Of a DNA stretch of 64,000 bases, positions 1 through 12,257 are shown one piece after another. A program made the translations under genes and the position numbers. Positions within the stretch are counted from its first letter, which is position 1. Every line of letters starts with the position of its first letter. Where the stretch lies: positions 4,092,001 through 4,156,000 of the forward strand of contig NW_025963879.1 of assembly GCF_023055435.1 (NCBI RefSeq). Reading direction: 5' to 3'. Origin of the DNA: Haliotis rufescens. Taxonomy: Eukaryota. A model generated the notes under the pieces. The model was not told where the DNA came from, ran no database searches, and saw only the letters and a program-made list of their open reading frames with translations.

Positions 1-1318
1 TATGTCACTGACTTCACCGATGATTGTCATCACTACCCTTGTGTGTACATGACAGGCTTCTCTTCTCCAGTATAACAATATCTACTCTACTGTATAAACA
101 TTGCCTCTTACTTGTATATGAAGCCTGCAACCTCGGGGAAACGTGGTACTTGTCATGTATGCTAAACGGAACAAAATGCACTCACTAACCTTTATGATTA
201 TTCGTGTTCTCTATATCAGATGTCATTTTTTTTATCTAACAATGCATATTTTACTGATAAAAGTTCATTATTTACATTAGTAGCTCCGAGTAAAAGCCGG
301 GCCTCGCGCTCAGTTTAACAAGGGAGAGAACTCCATCATATCATTGTACAGAGAAAATAAAAGTTGTGTATGGAGGTCCACATTGGATAAAAAGAGGACA
401 TAATTCTACCAATCACATAGTATGATAGTGCTAGAGATATGTGGTTTGTCCAGACAAGTGCAAAGACAGCACAAGTAACATTCTAAATGTGTTATCAGTA
501 ATAGGTATTCAATGCATATTTACCGAAAGGTAAGAGAAAAATATTCTAAAAGTCAACAACAAAATATCAGAAATGATATTCTAAGATTCTAAAAAAATTG
601 GATGACAATAATTTGTCACAAAATTGAAAAATGTTAAAAGTCAACAATAAATATATAAAAAGCATTCTTAATATGCCCAAAGTATGTATTTATCTTTTGG
701 CTTCTAGTGAAGAACGTATTTCTAAGTTTGGCATTATGGCCCTTATGATCTCCCAATAGATTCTTGGCACAGAACGGGAAAAAATGTGCGGACTACGTAA
801 CTTCCGTTACCTTATTAGTTGCCATAAATATGCAGATGATCTAGTTCAGGTAGATAGAGAAAGTTTTCTTGGGGAACTGCTTTGGCCATTGATAGATGGG
901 GGTAAGGCAATATCAAAAAGGATGCCAGAAGTAAGTATCAACACGTTAATAACTCCTTACTTACAGCAGACGGAACATTCCGAGGAAGTTGAAATTGTTT
1001 ACGAAGTGAGCACTTCCTGGTTACTGATTTGCATTAACAGACAGCCACTAAGAGGCAATCACAAATGCCGTGATATATGATGTATACTTGCCAACCACAC
1101 TCTGTATATCACTTGCTTGATAACGGTGTTTAAACCTACACTGAAACGTCGCTCTTAATTGTAATAAAGAAGTTGTCCATCCATAAATTCTCATCCTTAC
1201 TTAGTACTCCAACTTCTAAATGCCTATCAAAGAAGTGACTAAAGTATGTTGGAGGTAATTCAAGTGAATTTGAAAAAAAGCAATATAGCTTCATGCGAGA
1301 CACAAGCTGCTGGTTCGA

Positions 1319-1519
1319 NNNNNNNNNNNNNNNNNNNNNNNNNNNNNNNNNNNNNNNNNNNNNNNNNNNNNNNNNNNNNNNNNNNNNNNNNNNNNNNNNN
1401 NNNNNNNNNNNNNNNNNNNNNNNNNNNNNNNNNNNNNNNNNNNNNNNNNNNNNNNNNNNNNNNNNNNNNNNNNNNNNNNNNNNNNNNNNNNNNNNNNNNN
1501 NNNNNNNNNNNNNNNNNNN
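1319..1519. other. Assembly gap (N run)
   Basis: About 200 consecutive N. Confidence 0.99.
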
Positions 1520-2431
1520 TAGCTTACTTGACCGCGACATGATCGAAAACTGAACCATAGGGCAATGTTGTCAATACCGTGAGTCCAGGTTTTTTCAGCC
1601 CACATAATGCAAAGGTCACTGGATGCTCATTAACTAGTAATCTAATAAACCGCTAACACCGATACCTTTTCTGTAATGCACTGCCAAACAGGGAATCTCT
1701 TTCACACTTCTGCCCGAAACATAACCTTCCAGTTTTCGCGCTTGTCAATTTCACGCTCAAAATACCTCGCTAATTTACGCCTTTGGAAGCTCTATATTAT
1801 TATTTCCACGATACACGTGATTCCTTTTTGATGCTCGCAATGTTAGGCTCGTAAATTTATAGACTGGTACATTGTCCTTCTAGCAACTGCACATTGTGGT
1901 GATGAGCGCAAGCGCCCTATGGCAGGCAAACCAGACTAGTAACTATAGACTGGTTTGTCTGCTCTAATGCGCTTATGCTCCTCGGGGTATTTACAAGTAC
2001 AGTGAATACACGTCCTTTATTGTGCCCTTTATTGTCACTGTTTTGTCTGTCCACCTGACAAAAACAACAGTGACACTCTCGACAACTTCAACTTGTTTAT
2101 TCGTAGCTTGGATATTGCGAGTAGCGTCTCGCGAATTTGATTCCTTGAATCCGACTATGATAAGCACGTTTTTATGTAACCAGGATGTGACGCCTTGTTT
2201 TTATCCTTGTCTACTCACAATATTTTATTTTGTTAATAAAGATTACCATTACAATTGGATTAAAGATAAGAACATAATTGATTGAACAATTGGTTTTAAA
2301 ACTGCACTGTACTTTTACAGCATTGTCAGATGTGTGAGGAAAGGTATGAGATATAGGCTACTTGTGCAGTTAATGTGGCAATTGCCAACGTCGAGATTGG
2401 GGTACAAACTTCTATAGTAAAGTCAAAGTCC

Positions 2432-2568
2432 AAGGTTCGAGATAACGCATTTTAATCTCGAAGTTTGATATAAGGGTGCAAATTTATACGTATTTATATA
2501 CTGAGGCTGTCGGGATCGGATAAATAGGTTCGAGATATCGGTACATTCGAGATATCGAGGTTCGACTG
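2432..2568. mobile_element. pogo/Tigger-like MITE fragment (one terminus)
   Basis: Repeated TTCGAGATA motifs ending in TTCGAGATATCGAGGTTCGACTG, whose reverse complement CAGTCGAACCTCGATATCTCGAA resembles pogo-type TIRs. The other end was not found. Confidence 0.45.
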
Positions 2569-2714
2569 AACTTACAACTATAGCCCAATGTAATAAAATA
2601 TTACCTTCAGTGGATTTGGGCACACCAGTGTGTTATCCTTCTGATACCCATACTATATGCTTCTGCAGAAAGACTATTCTTAATATGTTGCTTCGTCATC
2701 TCTCATGTTTGTCA

Positions 2715-2977
2715 GACCCGCGAAGATCTGGGTTAGAATTGGTCTTCAGCAACACATGCTTGTCGTAAGAGGCGACTATGCTTGTTGTAAGAGGCGACGA
2801 ACGGGATCGGGTGGTCAAGCTCGCTGACTTGGTTGATGCATGTCACTGATTCACAATTGTGAAGATCGATGCTCATGATGTCAATCACTGGATTGTATGG
2901 TCCAGATTCGATCATTTACAGACCGACGTCATATAGCTGGAATATTGATGAGTCCTGCGTTAAACAACAAACAAACA
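2715..2977 (+). mobile_element. Bipartite non-autonomous non-LTR retroposon (LINE-5'-like head plus LINE-3'-like tail), copy 1
   Basis: Colinear with 24346-24605(-). Head GACCCGCGAAGATCTGGGTTAGAATT..TGTCGTAAGAGGCGAC resembles the LINE 5'UTR at 14060-14127. Tail GCTGGAATATTG..GCGTTAAACAACAAACAAAC. Confidence 0.8.
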
Positions 2978-3242
2978 GCTTTCATCTGCAAAAAATATTA
3001 GAAATCATGAATTCATCATCTGTGACTAAGGTGCCATCTGCGATATACTGTACAATACAGTACAATAATTATAGAGAAAGATTCATCAGGCGGTGTATGC
3101 GTAATACTTAATAATATTAATATATATTTATGAACAGTGCTTAAAATAATGAATACAGAGAAGGCAAAAAGTACGTATTCATTAAATATCAAATTCACAT
3201 AATCATGAAAAATGCCTATATGTGTGTTTTAGTTTAGAAATT

Positions 3243-3493
3243 TGTCCAAATTGACTCGTTCCTGCTTTTGGAAAGGTGTGAGCAACCTGGGAATCCATCG
3301 TGCAGACACCTTATGCATGTTTAAATTGTCATGGATGATTTTTTCCACAGACCCTACACTGATCTTGACATCTTGTGCTAACTGGCGAACAGTTATACGT
3401 CGGTCTGCCAATATGGCGGTCTCCACTTGATGGATAGTGTCCTCATCAATGGCTGAATGGGGGCGACCAGGAATGGCAGCTGTTTCCACAGAT
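3243..3493 (-). mobile_element. Internal mariner fragment, identical copy of 4423-4673
   Basis: 251-bp match, flanked by a 136-bp direct repeat (3104-3239 and 3492-3627). Confidence 0.9.
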
Positions 3494-3716
3494 ACTTAAT
3501 AATATTAATATATATTTATGAACAGTGCTTAAAATAATGAATACAGAGAAGGCAAAAAGTACGTATTCATTAAATATCAAATTCACATAATCATGAAAAA
3601 TGCCTATATGTGTGTTTTAGTTTAGAACTGTTATAAATAAGCTGTTCTATACAGAGTCAATTAATTGTAGTGAATGCACTAACTGACCGTGAGTTTAGCC
3701 GCATATGTGAAACATA

Positions 3717-4999
3717 CGAGGGGTGTTCATTAAAGATTTCCCCTGACCCACTTCCGATGGACCTAGTGGAATGAAACTTGGCATAGGTATTAATCTTTCT
3801 CCACATAGGAACCACCAAGAGTTACACACTTCTCTCATCGTTTTATACAACTATTGAGACCTCGCTTGTAAAAGCCCTCATTTTGCGTCTCAAACCAGGA
3901 CTTGACTTCAGAAATCAGTGTTTATCATCTGTGAAACGTTTAGCCTTCAAAAATGACTTCATTGTTGGAAAGAGGTGGAAGTCAGATGGTGCAAGGTCAG
4001 GAGAGTAAGGAGGATGTGGAAGGATTTCATAGCCACAGGACCGCGCTTCTGTCTCGGCAACATGAGAGTTGTGTACTGGAGCATTGTCTTGCAGGAGACG
4101 GACACCCTTGGTCAGCATGCCACTCCTCTTAAGCTTGATAGCGTCCCGCAATTTCCGCAGCAGTGAAGCATAATAAGCTCCTGTAATTGTGGTACCCTTT
4201 GCCAAGAAATCCATCATCACTACTCCGTGCTGGTCCCAAAACACCGTGAGCATGACCTTGCTTGCAGAGGGTTGGACACGTGCCTTCTTTGGGGGTGGTG
4301 ACTCCACATGCTTCCATTGCATCGACTGAACTTTAGTCTCAGGATCATAGTGATGGACCCATGTTTCATCCTGTGTGATAAGTCTGTCAAAAAGGTTTGC
4401 CTTTGGGGGGGGGGGGGGCACATGTCCAAATTGACTCGTTCCTGCTTTTGGAAAGGTGTGAGCAACCTGGGAATCCATCGTGCAGACACCTTATGCATGT
4501 TTAAATTGTCATGGATGATTTTTTCCACAGACCCTACACTGATCTTGACATCTTGTGCTAACTGGCGAACAGTTATACGTCGGTCTGCCAATATGGCGGT
4601 CTCCACTTGATGGATAGTGTCCTCATCAATGGCTGAATGGGGGCGACCAGGAATGGCAGCTGTTTCCACAGATGTCCGACCACACTTGAACTGGCGATGC
4701 CAGTGTTTAACAACGTCATATGATGGGGCATCTTCCCCATAAGTTGCTTTCATTTCATCGAAAGTTTCTTTTGGTGTGCGACCTTTCAAATAAAAAAACC
4801 TAATCACTGCTTGGTATTCTACTGGCTCCGTTGTCACACCCTACTCGATCATTACACCTGTAAAAGTGGTAAGATTAATAGTTCGGTGCTGGAAATTCAG
4901 ACATAACCCATAGATACACGTATCATTACGCATGTGAAATTTCAACCAAATATGATAACCCTAAGTGGTTTAGGGGAAATCTTTAATGAACACCCCTCG
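3717..4999 (-). mobile_element. Mariner (DD34D) transposon, full length, transposase frameshifted
   Basis: Perfect 28-bp TIRs CGAGGGGTGTTCATTAAAGATTTCCCCT with TA on both sides. Motifs WIPRLL, TQDETW, LQDNAPVH and YSPDLAPSDFHLF are split over ORFs 4220-4837 and 3915-4478, with the shift at the G14 run 4405-4418. Confidence 0.96.
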
Positions 5000-5500
5000 T
5001 AAAATATCTTGTGTGCGGTGGTCAGTTAGTGCATTCACTACAATTAATTTACTTTAAGAATAGTAATATTAGTTTACCGATATAGGTTGATTAATATATA
5101 TTTTCTAATAGGAATTTGGTGTTAGAAGAAAGCTATGACAAAGCCCTCGGTTTACTCTCACTTTGCCAGCAGGCTGCGGAGATTAACTTGTACGGTCCAG
5201 TGCCTTGCCAGCTATAGCCTGTTCTGATTATCTGAGCTTCTTGATGACTAAGCTGTGACCCACTGTGAGCCAAACTGAACTAGTGAAGTGAACTGTGTTC
5301 AGCTTAACAGATATGGCTTAATTATTTGATGTGAACATAAATCACTGTTTACTATACTTTTCCAAACAGACAAATTGAGCGAGTTTAAAATAACGGGTAT
5401 ATACACTGTATATATATATGGAGGTGCCATCCGCGAAATGCAATAAATGCGAAGCGGACGTAAAACCTATAAATCAGTCAGTCAGAGGTGCCATTTGAAA

Positions 5501-6148
5501 ATGTATTGCAAAATGGCAAATGCACAGGTAAACGTTAAGTTCATCCCTATTTCGCGAGGTGGACAGAGTTTAGTGAATGGTGGACATAAGTTCAGAGTCA
5601 AGACAAGAAGACGAGACACAGTGCACTGGAGGTGTTGTAAGGCTGGATGTCCTGCAACCATCAACACTGCCAACAATCTCATCACCGCCTACAGGAACAT
5701 CCATAACCATCTTCAAGAAGAGTTGAACAGTAAGTGTAACAAATTTTCAGTTTCTACTGTTACCATCTGGTGATATCTTTGTTTTTTGTTTGTGTTGTAG
5801 CTTCCATTAAAGCAATTATGGGTAGAGGGTGGTGAAAGACTCATTTGGAACCACCATGATACCATCGGCCCTAGAACAACTAACCACGTCGAGGGATGGC
5901 ATTCCAAGATGTCGAAGCTCGCTGCCTGTCACCCGAACGTATACAAGTCCATCAACATGATCAAGAATGAACAAAACTTTACAGAAGTGACCATCACGCA
6001 GTAACATAACGGTGGCACACTGAGACCAAGGAAGAAGAAGTACCACCAGCTGGAAGACAAACTAGACAGAGAGAAGAGACTGCTCGCAGCTGGTGTTAAA
6101 TCTCCCATCGAGTATGGTGATGCTGTATCTCACCTTGTCGGACTCTAA
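5501..6148 (+). pseudogene. Internally deleted FLYWCH-MULE (Mutator-like) transposase remnant
   Basis: FLYWCH-type segment (GHKFRVK..HWRCCKAGCPATI..HNH) followed by MULE C-terminal WNHHDTIGPRTTNHVEGWHSK..HPNVY. Most of the DDE core is missing and there is an in-frame stop. A 17-bp inverted repeat lies at ~5155 and ~6483. Confidence 0.75.
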
Positions 6149-7499
6149 GTGATTTTGCTGTAGCCAGACATAAATTTGGTAAGCTAAATTGTATTAGATT
6201 GTCTTGAAAATTTGTACATCTGAACATAAATGGATTTTTTAATTAATAATGAATACTACTGTATTATATTGTCTTGAAAATTTGTACATCTGTATATAAA
6301 TGTAATTTTTAATTAATAATTAATATAAACCTATACTACTACATACATTTTTTGTGTTATATCTACCTAGACAGGCTGTAGTTTGGCTATAGTCAGTCAG
6401 TAAAAGTGAAACAGTCTATAGTGTTAATCCCCGTTGTTGTAGGGATTATCACGGGCTACTGATGTTTAAACTAGAATAATAGCTGCTGGCAAAGTGAGAA
6501 CACCCCCATAATAGATATGGTAAAGTATGGACGTAATCATTTCTGGTCACTGCAGCTGTGAGACAGTGACCCATCATGCAAGTCTGCCCAGCCTGGCTGA
6601 CACAAAGGGTCACACCATCAGGGAACCAGTGATTAGTGTGTCAACTTCACGTCCACACACTTAGTCAGTCCGACTGTCACATAAGGGTCGGTTAGGCAAC
6701 CTACTTGAATAAATTCTTAAATAATGACACAACCATCCACTGTTACAGCCGATCAACCGCTGACACCTTGGATGTTGTGATCTTTAGTTATGTGACGTAA
6801 TGAAGGCCTCAGTTGTATATATACGGCGGTCGGTGGTAGCAAACTTCGTGTGCGACATACGCTTGCAGTCGGAAAGCGCAAGTAAGTAAGGAAGCAAACT
6901 TCACTCTACTTCTACCGATTAAACGCCATCAACTCAGCAGCCATCTCTGTTCTTCAAGGTAAGACACTATTGACTTAAATTTTAACTTATTCTGTCAGCT
7001 ACGATCTTAATACGTTAGGTGTAGGTTAGATCTATTTCGACTATATCGTAGCGTTGGGGAAATTATCATTGACTTAATATCCAGACAATACTCCCTCTCG
7101 CGAACGTATATTTTTGTATATTAGTATACTAGTTGCACGGTAACATCCAAATATGAGTAAGTGTACCAATGTCAAAAACTTGTATATTCCTACATTCAGT
7201 GACACCTACTCATATCAATGATTTGCCTGCAACTTATAGTAGCAATGAAAAATGAGTCGGTTCCAACATTATATTATATTGATTGTTATAACGATATGTT
7301 GTTAAACATCCACGCATGACAGCGTGTACTGTTTTCTACTAGACATATTTTATCGTAATAAATGCCTATTAATAACCATCTGTTCACCCTTAAAATACAA
7401 CGTATTGTTTATCTATACAGTCATGTCATTATCTGTTGTACACCGATTATATAATAAAATCATACGTGTTGTACACGTATCGAATTACATGTATAACTT

Positions 7500-7893
7500 A
7501 AAGCCCATTTCACCTCATATAACCAGGTATACGATAAACCCCATTTCACCTCACCTAACCACGTATACGTTAAACCCCATTTCACCTCACCTAACCACGT
7601 ATACGTTAAACCCCATTTCACCTCACCTAACCACGTATACGTTAAACCCCATTTCACCCCACCTAACCACGTATACGTTAAACCCCATTTCACCTCACCT
7701 AACCACGTATACGTTAAACCCCATTTCACCCCACCTAACCACGTATACGTTAAACCCCATTTCACCTCACCTAACCACGTATACGTTAAACCCCATTTCA
7801 CCCCACCTAACCACGTATACGTTAAACCCCATTTCACCTCAACTAGCCACGTATACGCTAAACCCCATTTCACCTCACCTAACAACGTATACG
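7500..7893. repeat. 36-bp minisatellite (~11 copies)
   Basis: Unit AAACCCCATTTCACCTCACCTAACCACGTATACGTT. Confidence 0.97.
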
Positions 7894-8579
7894 GACTAGA
7901 ATCCTAATAGGAAGAGAGGTAAGTTGTGCATTACCTGTTTGCGATATATATATAGTATTTGACTGTAAATCTATGAACACCAACACTCGCTTGAAATAAT
8001 TACTTCTGTAACCCTTGAAATAGGGTGAGTGAGTGAGTTAAGATTTATAGTCACATCGGCAATATTTCAGCCATATCGTGACTAAATCAAGTTGGACAGT
8101 AATAATACATAAATATAGACATTAAAATCTGTCGACAAAGGACAGTAAAAACACTAGACCATCACAGATGTAGATTGTAAAACTAGCATAACATAATAAA
8201 ATTTGTAACAATTCATAACAATACACAATAAAAATGGGCTATAGATCACCAATAGCCAAAGGTAGGACACCATACTAGGTACCATGGGGACTTACGATAC
8301 TTCTGCTACCTACATGGTAACCCAGCAGGATTTACACCATCGCTCTGGCTACTGGTGATTGTCAGCAAGTTTAAGCCAAATCAGTTAAAAACAACAAGAA
8401 TTCTACGATTAAAAACATGGAAAATGAAAAATACTTTGAATGAAAATAGGACTTATGTACCCTCTCAGGGGGACAATTATTTTACGCTACTTCAACCCCC
8501 TTTGAAGGTACAGCCACTAACAATCACAGTTATATAATCATTTTACCAAATTAAAAGCACATACTTTTTACAATACATA

Positions 8580-11500
8580 TCAAAATGTATCAATCAATTC
8601 TATTTCTTTTAAAAAAGCAATAATTAAATGAAAACTTACCTTAAAAAGATCCTTCATAGATGAAACCTGGAAATAGTTGTCCCTTGTGATGGAAAAATCA
8701 ACACAGTCAAGCAGGACATGCTTGACTGTGATTCTTTCATCACAAGGGATACAGAATGGAGGATCCTCACCTTTTAACAAATATTCATGAGTATAACGAG
8801 AATGGCCAATACGACATCGTCTTAATACGACTTCTTCAAATCTGGACTGACAGCCCAAGTAGGTATAACCAATATCTGCTTTAATTGCATGTAATTTATT
8901 TATACCCACTTGAGTGTCCCACTTCTTCTGCATTAGGTCTTTGATATAGGATCTAATAACAGGTTTATAGTCACTGTATGGTAGTAGAAGTGGTGTCACA
9001 GATTTGTTGAGAGCTGCCTTTGCTGCAGCATCAGCCATAGTGTTACCCGTGATTCCAACATGACTGGGCAACCAGCAAAAGACGATGTCGTATTGGCCAG
9101 TAGCAAGGTCATTATACAATTCTAAAATATCTAAAATGAATGGATTATGCGAAGAGCTAGATTTGATTGCCTGTAGACACGATAATGAATCTGAAAAGAT
9201 GATGAACCGTTTACAACCGTACTGTTTTTGGATATATTCCAAAGCAGTTAATATTGCCTTGGCTTCAGCAGTGAAAATGGAGCTATGGTCTGGTAAGCGA
9301 GATGAGACGGTTTTGGATCCAATGACAGCAGCACTAGAGACTGTGCTGCCGTCCTTGGATCCATCTGTAAAAATAGAACGATGGGATTCGTATTTAGCTC
9401 TAACTTGTAAATATTCTTGCTGATATACTAATTGATTTGTGTCTTGTTTTTTAAATTGTGTGAGTGTCAAGTCCACCTCCGGTCTGACAAGTTGCCAAGA
9501 AGGGGAAGACAGAAGCCTGAAAGGAGAAATATTATCTAAATCAATATGTGCAGCTGTAATGTGGGGTTTAATCCGAATGCCTAGTGGTGGGACCAGCTTA
9601 GGCTTACTATGAAAAAAGTCTTCGTAATGGGGTTGAAATATACAGTTATATGCAGGGTTTAACGGGTTAGAACGTAATTTTGCAATATATTGAAGCGATA
9701 ATTTGATACGCCGCTGCTTTAACGATGGTTCATCAGCTTCTACATATAAGCTTTCCACAGGAGACGTTCGAAAGGCGCCAAGACAAAGTCTTAGGCCCTG
9801 ATGGTGAATAGAATCTAATTTTTGTAAATTGCTCTTACAGGCTCCACCATAAACGATGGAGCCATAATCTAATTTAGAGCGGATTAGAGACCGATACAAG
9901 TGTAGGAGAGTTGACTGATCACCTCCCCACTTCGTGTTGGCAACAACTTTCAACAAATCTAGAGCCTTCAAGCATTTAGTTTTAAGATAGTTAATATGCG
10001 GCTTAAAAGTTAAATGGTGATCGAAAATGAGACCCAGGAACTTGGCCTCTTCTACAACCTTGATAGGAGTGCCATGTAAAAATAGTTCTGGATCTTTGTG
10101 GTGCTTGTATTTTCTACAAAAATGAATACAATTGGTCTTAGCTTTTGAAAACCTAAAACCATTTTCAAGACACCATTTTTCGATTTTCTTGAGACATAGC
10201 TGTAACTGTCTCTCGATGGTACGTATATTTTTACCACGACATGAAATATTAAAATCGTCCACAAAAAGTGAACCATCAATGGAATCATTTAAAACCTTTG
10301 ACAGACTATCAATCTTTATGCTAAACAGAGTTACAGACAAAATACTGCCTTGTGGGACACCCTGATCCTGATTATAATGGTCAGACAGGGTGGAACCCAC
10401 ACGAACCTGAAATTGTCGGTCTGTTAAAAATTGGGATATAAATTGAGGCAAACGGCCTCTTAACCCCAAATTATGTAGATCTTTTAAAATACCATGCTTC
10501 CAAGTGGTATCATACGCTTTTTCTAAATCAAAAAAGATTGATACTGCATGCTGATTATTTACAATTGCATTTTTGACAAAGGATTCTAAACGTACCAGAT
10601 GGTCAATGGTACTTCTATTCTGACGGAAACCACATTGTATGTTACTTATAAGATTATTAGTTTCCAAGTACCAAACCAGTCGATTATTTACCATTCGCTC
10701 CATGGTTTTGCACACACAGCTAGTTAGTGATATTGGTCTATAATTAGATGCATCACTATGGTCCCTACCAGGTTTAGGTATGGGGACAACTATAGCATTA
10801 CGCCAAGAAGTAGGAAAATTTCCTGACATCCATATCTGATCAAATATGTAAAGAAGCGTCTCTAAACATGAATTAGGTAAATGCTTCAGGAGTTGATAAT
10901 GAATATTATCATTTCCCGTTGCAGTGTCGTGCGCTTGACCAAGTGCAGTATTTAGCTCGTGGAGCGAAAATACCTCATTATAATCTTCTCCATTTTGAGA
11001 AGTAAAATCAATCCTCTTCTTTTCCTGTTGTTTCTGATAAGTTTGAAACTTGGGATCATAATTTGTCGATGAAGAGTGTTTGGCCAGCGTCTCGCCCAAT
11101 TTATTAGCAATGTCCACTTTATCTGTTAATAAATGGTCACCTTCCTTGAGATGGTGGACAGTCGATTTTGAGCCTTTACCTTTAATTTTTGCAATCATGT
11201 TCCACACCTTGGATATCGGCGTGCGAGAATTTATTTTAGAGACATAATTTCTCCAAGACTTACGCTTATTCTGTTTGAACGTACGGCGGGCCTTGGCATT
11301 TGTGATTTTAACATGATCCAAATTATGTACAGTTGGATGTCGGCGGAAATATTTCTCCGCTTTTTTCCAACACTTTCTAGCCTGTTTGCATTCTAGATCA
11401 AACCATGGTTTTCGAATGTGTGGATTTGCAGAGGACTTAGGAATAGTTATCACAGCAATTTCATCAGAGAACAACTGAATAGGGTCGGTAACAGTTCTGA

Positions 11501-12257
11501 ACATATCCGGTGTCAATCTATCGGTACAGAGTTCCTGAAAAGAAGGCCAGTTTGCCTTGGTAAAATTCCACCTAGATGTAGGTGGAACATCAGTTGGATT
11601 ATTCGCTGTTAATATTGAGGGAAAATGGTCGCTGCCATACAAGTCATCATGGACCGACCACGTAAATTCGTTTAATAGATTTGAATCTGTTAGTGACAGA
11701 TCTAAAGCAGAATAGGTTCCAGTAGCGGGATGTAAATAAGTATTTGATCCATCATTGTAAATGCATAAATTGTTATCAGAAATAAAATCTTCAAGTACTC
11801 TTCCCTTTTGATTAACGTTAACACTTCCCCATAATGGGTTATGGCCGTTTAAATCACCCACAATCATGCAAGGCTTAGGGAGTTGATCGTATAAGGATTG
11901 AAGATCCGATCTCTGAAGCACAGAGGAAGGAGAAATATACAAAGAACACAGGGTAAATGTAATGTGCAAAGTCAAGCGCACTGCAACAGCCTGAAGATTG
12001 GTATGAGGTGAAACAGGGCTGTGGATCACTCCCTGCTTCACCAAAACAGTAGATCCTCCAGTAGCTTTAGCCCCTGGTGGAGAAAAGGAGTGATACGAAC
12101 TGTACCAACGCAAATCAAAGTTGTCAGTCTCTTTGAGATATGTCTCCTGGAGACATATTGCTGATGGCGTAAAATCTTGAATTAATAAATGTAATTCATT
12201 AAAATTGGTCCTGAGACCTCTGCAATTCCACTGAATCAAGTTGAGGGAGCCACTCAT
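8580..12257 (-). CDS. LINE ORF2: AP endonuclease - reverse transcriptase - RNase H - CCHC (1225 aa)
   Basis: QWNCRGL, CLQET, GDLNGH and SDHFP (APE). YRPISL, DLEKAYD, GVPQGSILS and LFVDD (RT). IFTDGSK and WLPSHVGITGNTMAD (RNase H). CIPC..HVLLDC. Confidence 0.97.
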   Translation of the reverse strand: MSGSLNLIQWNCRGLRTNFNELHLLIQDFTPSAICLQETYLKETDNFDLRWYSSYHSFSPPGAKATGGSTVLVKQGVIHSPVSPHTNLQAVAVRLTLHITFTLCSLYISPSSVLQRSDLQSLYDQLPKPCMIVGDLNGHNPLWGSVNVNQKGRVLEDFISDNNLCIYNDGSNTYLHPATGTYSALDLSLTDSNLLNEFTWSVHDDLYGSDHFPSILTANNPTDVPPTSRWNFTKANWPSFQELCTDRLTPDMFRTVTDPIQLFSDEIAVITIPKSSANPHIRKPWFDLECKQARKCWKKAEKYFRRHPTVHNLDHVKITNAKARRTFKQNKRKSWRNYVSKINSRTPISKVWNMIAKIKGKGSKSTVHHLKEGDHLLTDKVDIANKLGETLAKHSSSTNYDPKFQTYQKQQEKKRIDFTSQNGEDYNEVFSLHELNTALGQAHDTATGNDNIHYQLLKHLPNSCLETLLYIFDQIWMSGNFPTSWRNAIVVPIPKPGRDHSDASNYRPISLTSCVCKTMERMVNNRLVWYLETNNLISNIQCGFRQNRSTIDHLVRLESFVKNAIVNNQHAVSIFFDLEKAYDTTWKHGILKDLHNLGLRGRLPQFISQFLTDRQFQVRVGSTLSDHYNQDQGVPQGSILSVTLFSIKIDSLSKVLNDSIDGSLFVDDFNISCRGKNIRTIERQLQLCLKKIEKWCLENGFRFSKAKTNCIHFCRKYKHHKDPELFLHGTPIKVVEEAKFLGLIFDHHLTFKPHINYLKTKCLKALDLLKVVANTKWGGDQSTLLHLYRSLIRSKLDYGSIVYGGACKSNLQKLDSIHHQGLRLCLGAFRTSPVESLYVEADEPSLKQRRIKLSLQYIAKLRSNPLNPAYNCIFQPHYEDFFHSKPKLVPPLGIRIKPHITAAHIDLDNISPFRLLSSPSWQLVRPEVDLTLTQFKKQDTNQLVYQQEYLQVRAKYESHRSIFTDGSKDGSTVSSAAVIGSKTVSSRLPDHSSIFTAEAKAILTALEYIQKQYGCKRFIIFSDSLSCLQAIKSSSSHNPFILDILELYNDLATGQYDIVFCWLPSHVGITGNTMADAAAKAALNKSVTPLLLPYSDYKPVIRSYIKDLMQKKWDTQVGINKLHAIKADIGYTYLGCQSRFEEVVLRRCRIGHSRYTHEYLLKGEDPPFCIPCDERITVKHVLLDCVDFSITRDNYFQVSSMKDLFKVSFHLIIAFLKEIELIDTF

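Noticed and set aside
1136-1605. ORFs spanning the N run
   Set aside because: Artefacts of the assembly gap.
7324-7899. 191-aa repeat ORF / CRISPR-like appearance of the 36-bp repeats
   Set aside because: Head-to-tail tandem repeat with no unique spacers and no cas genes, in a eukaryotic context.
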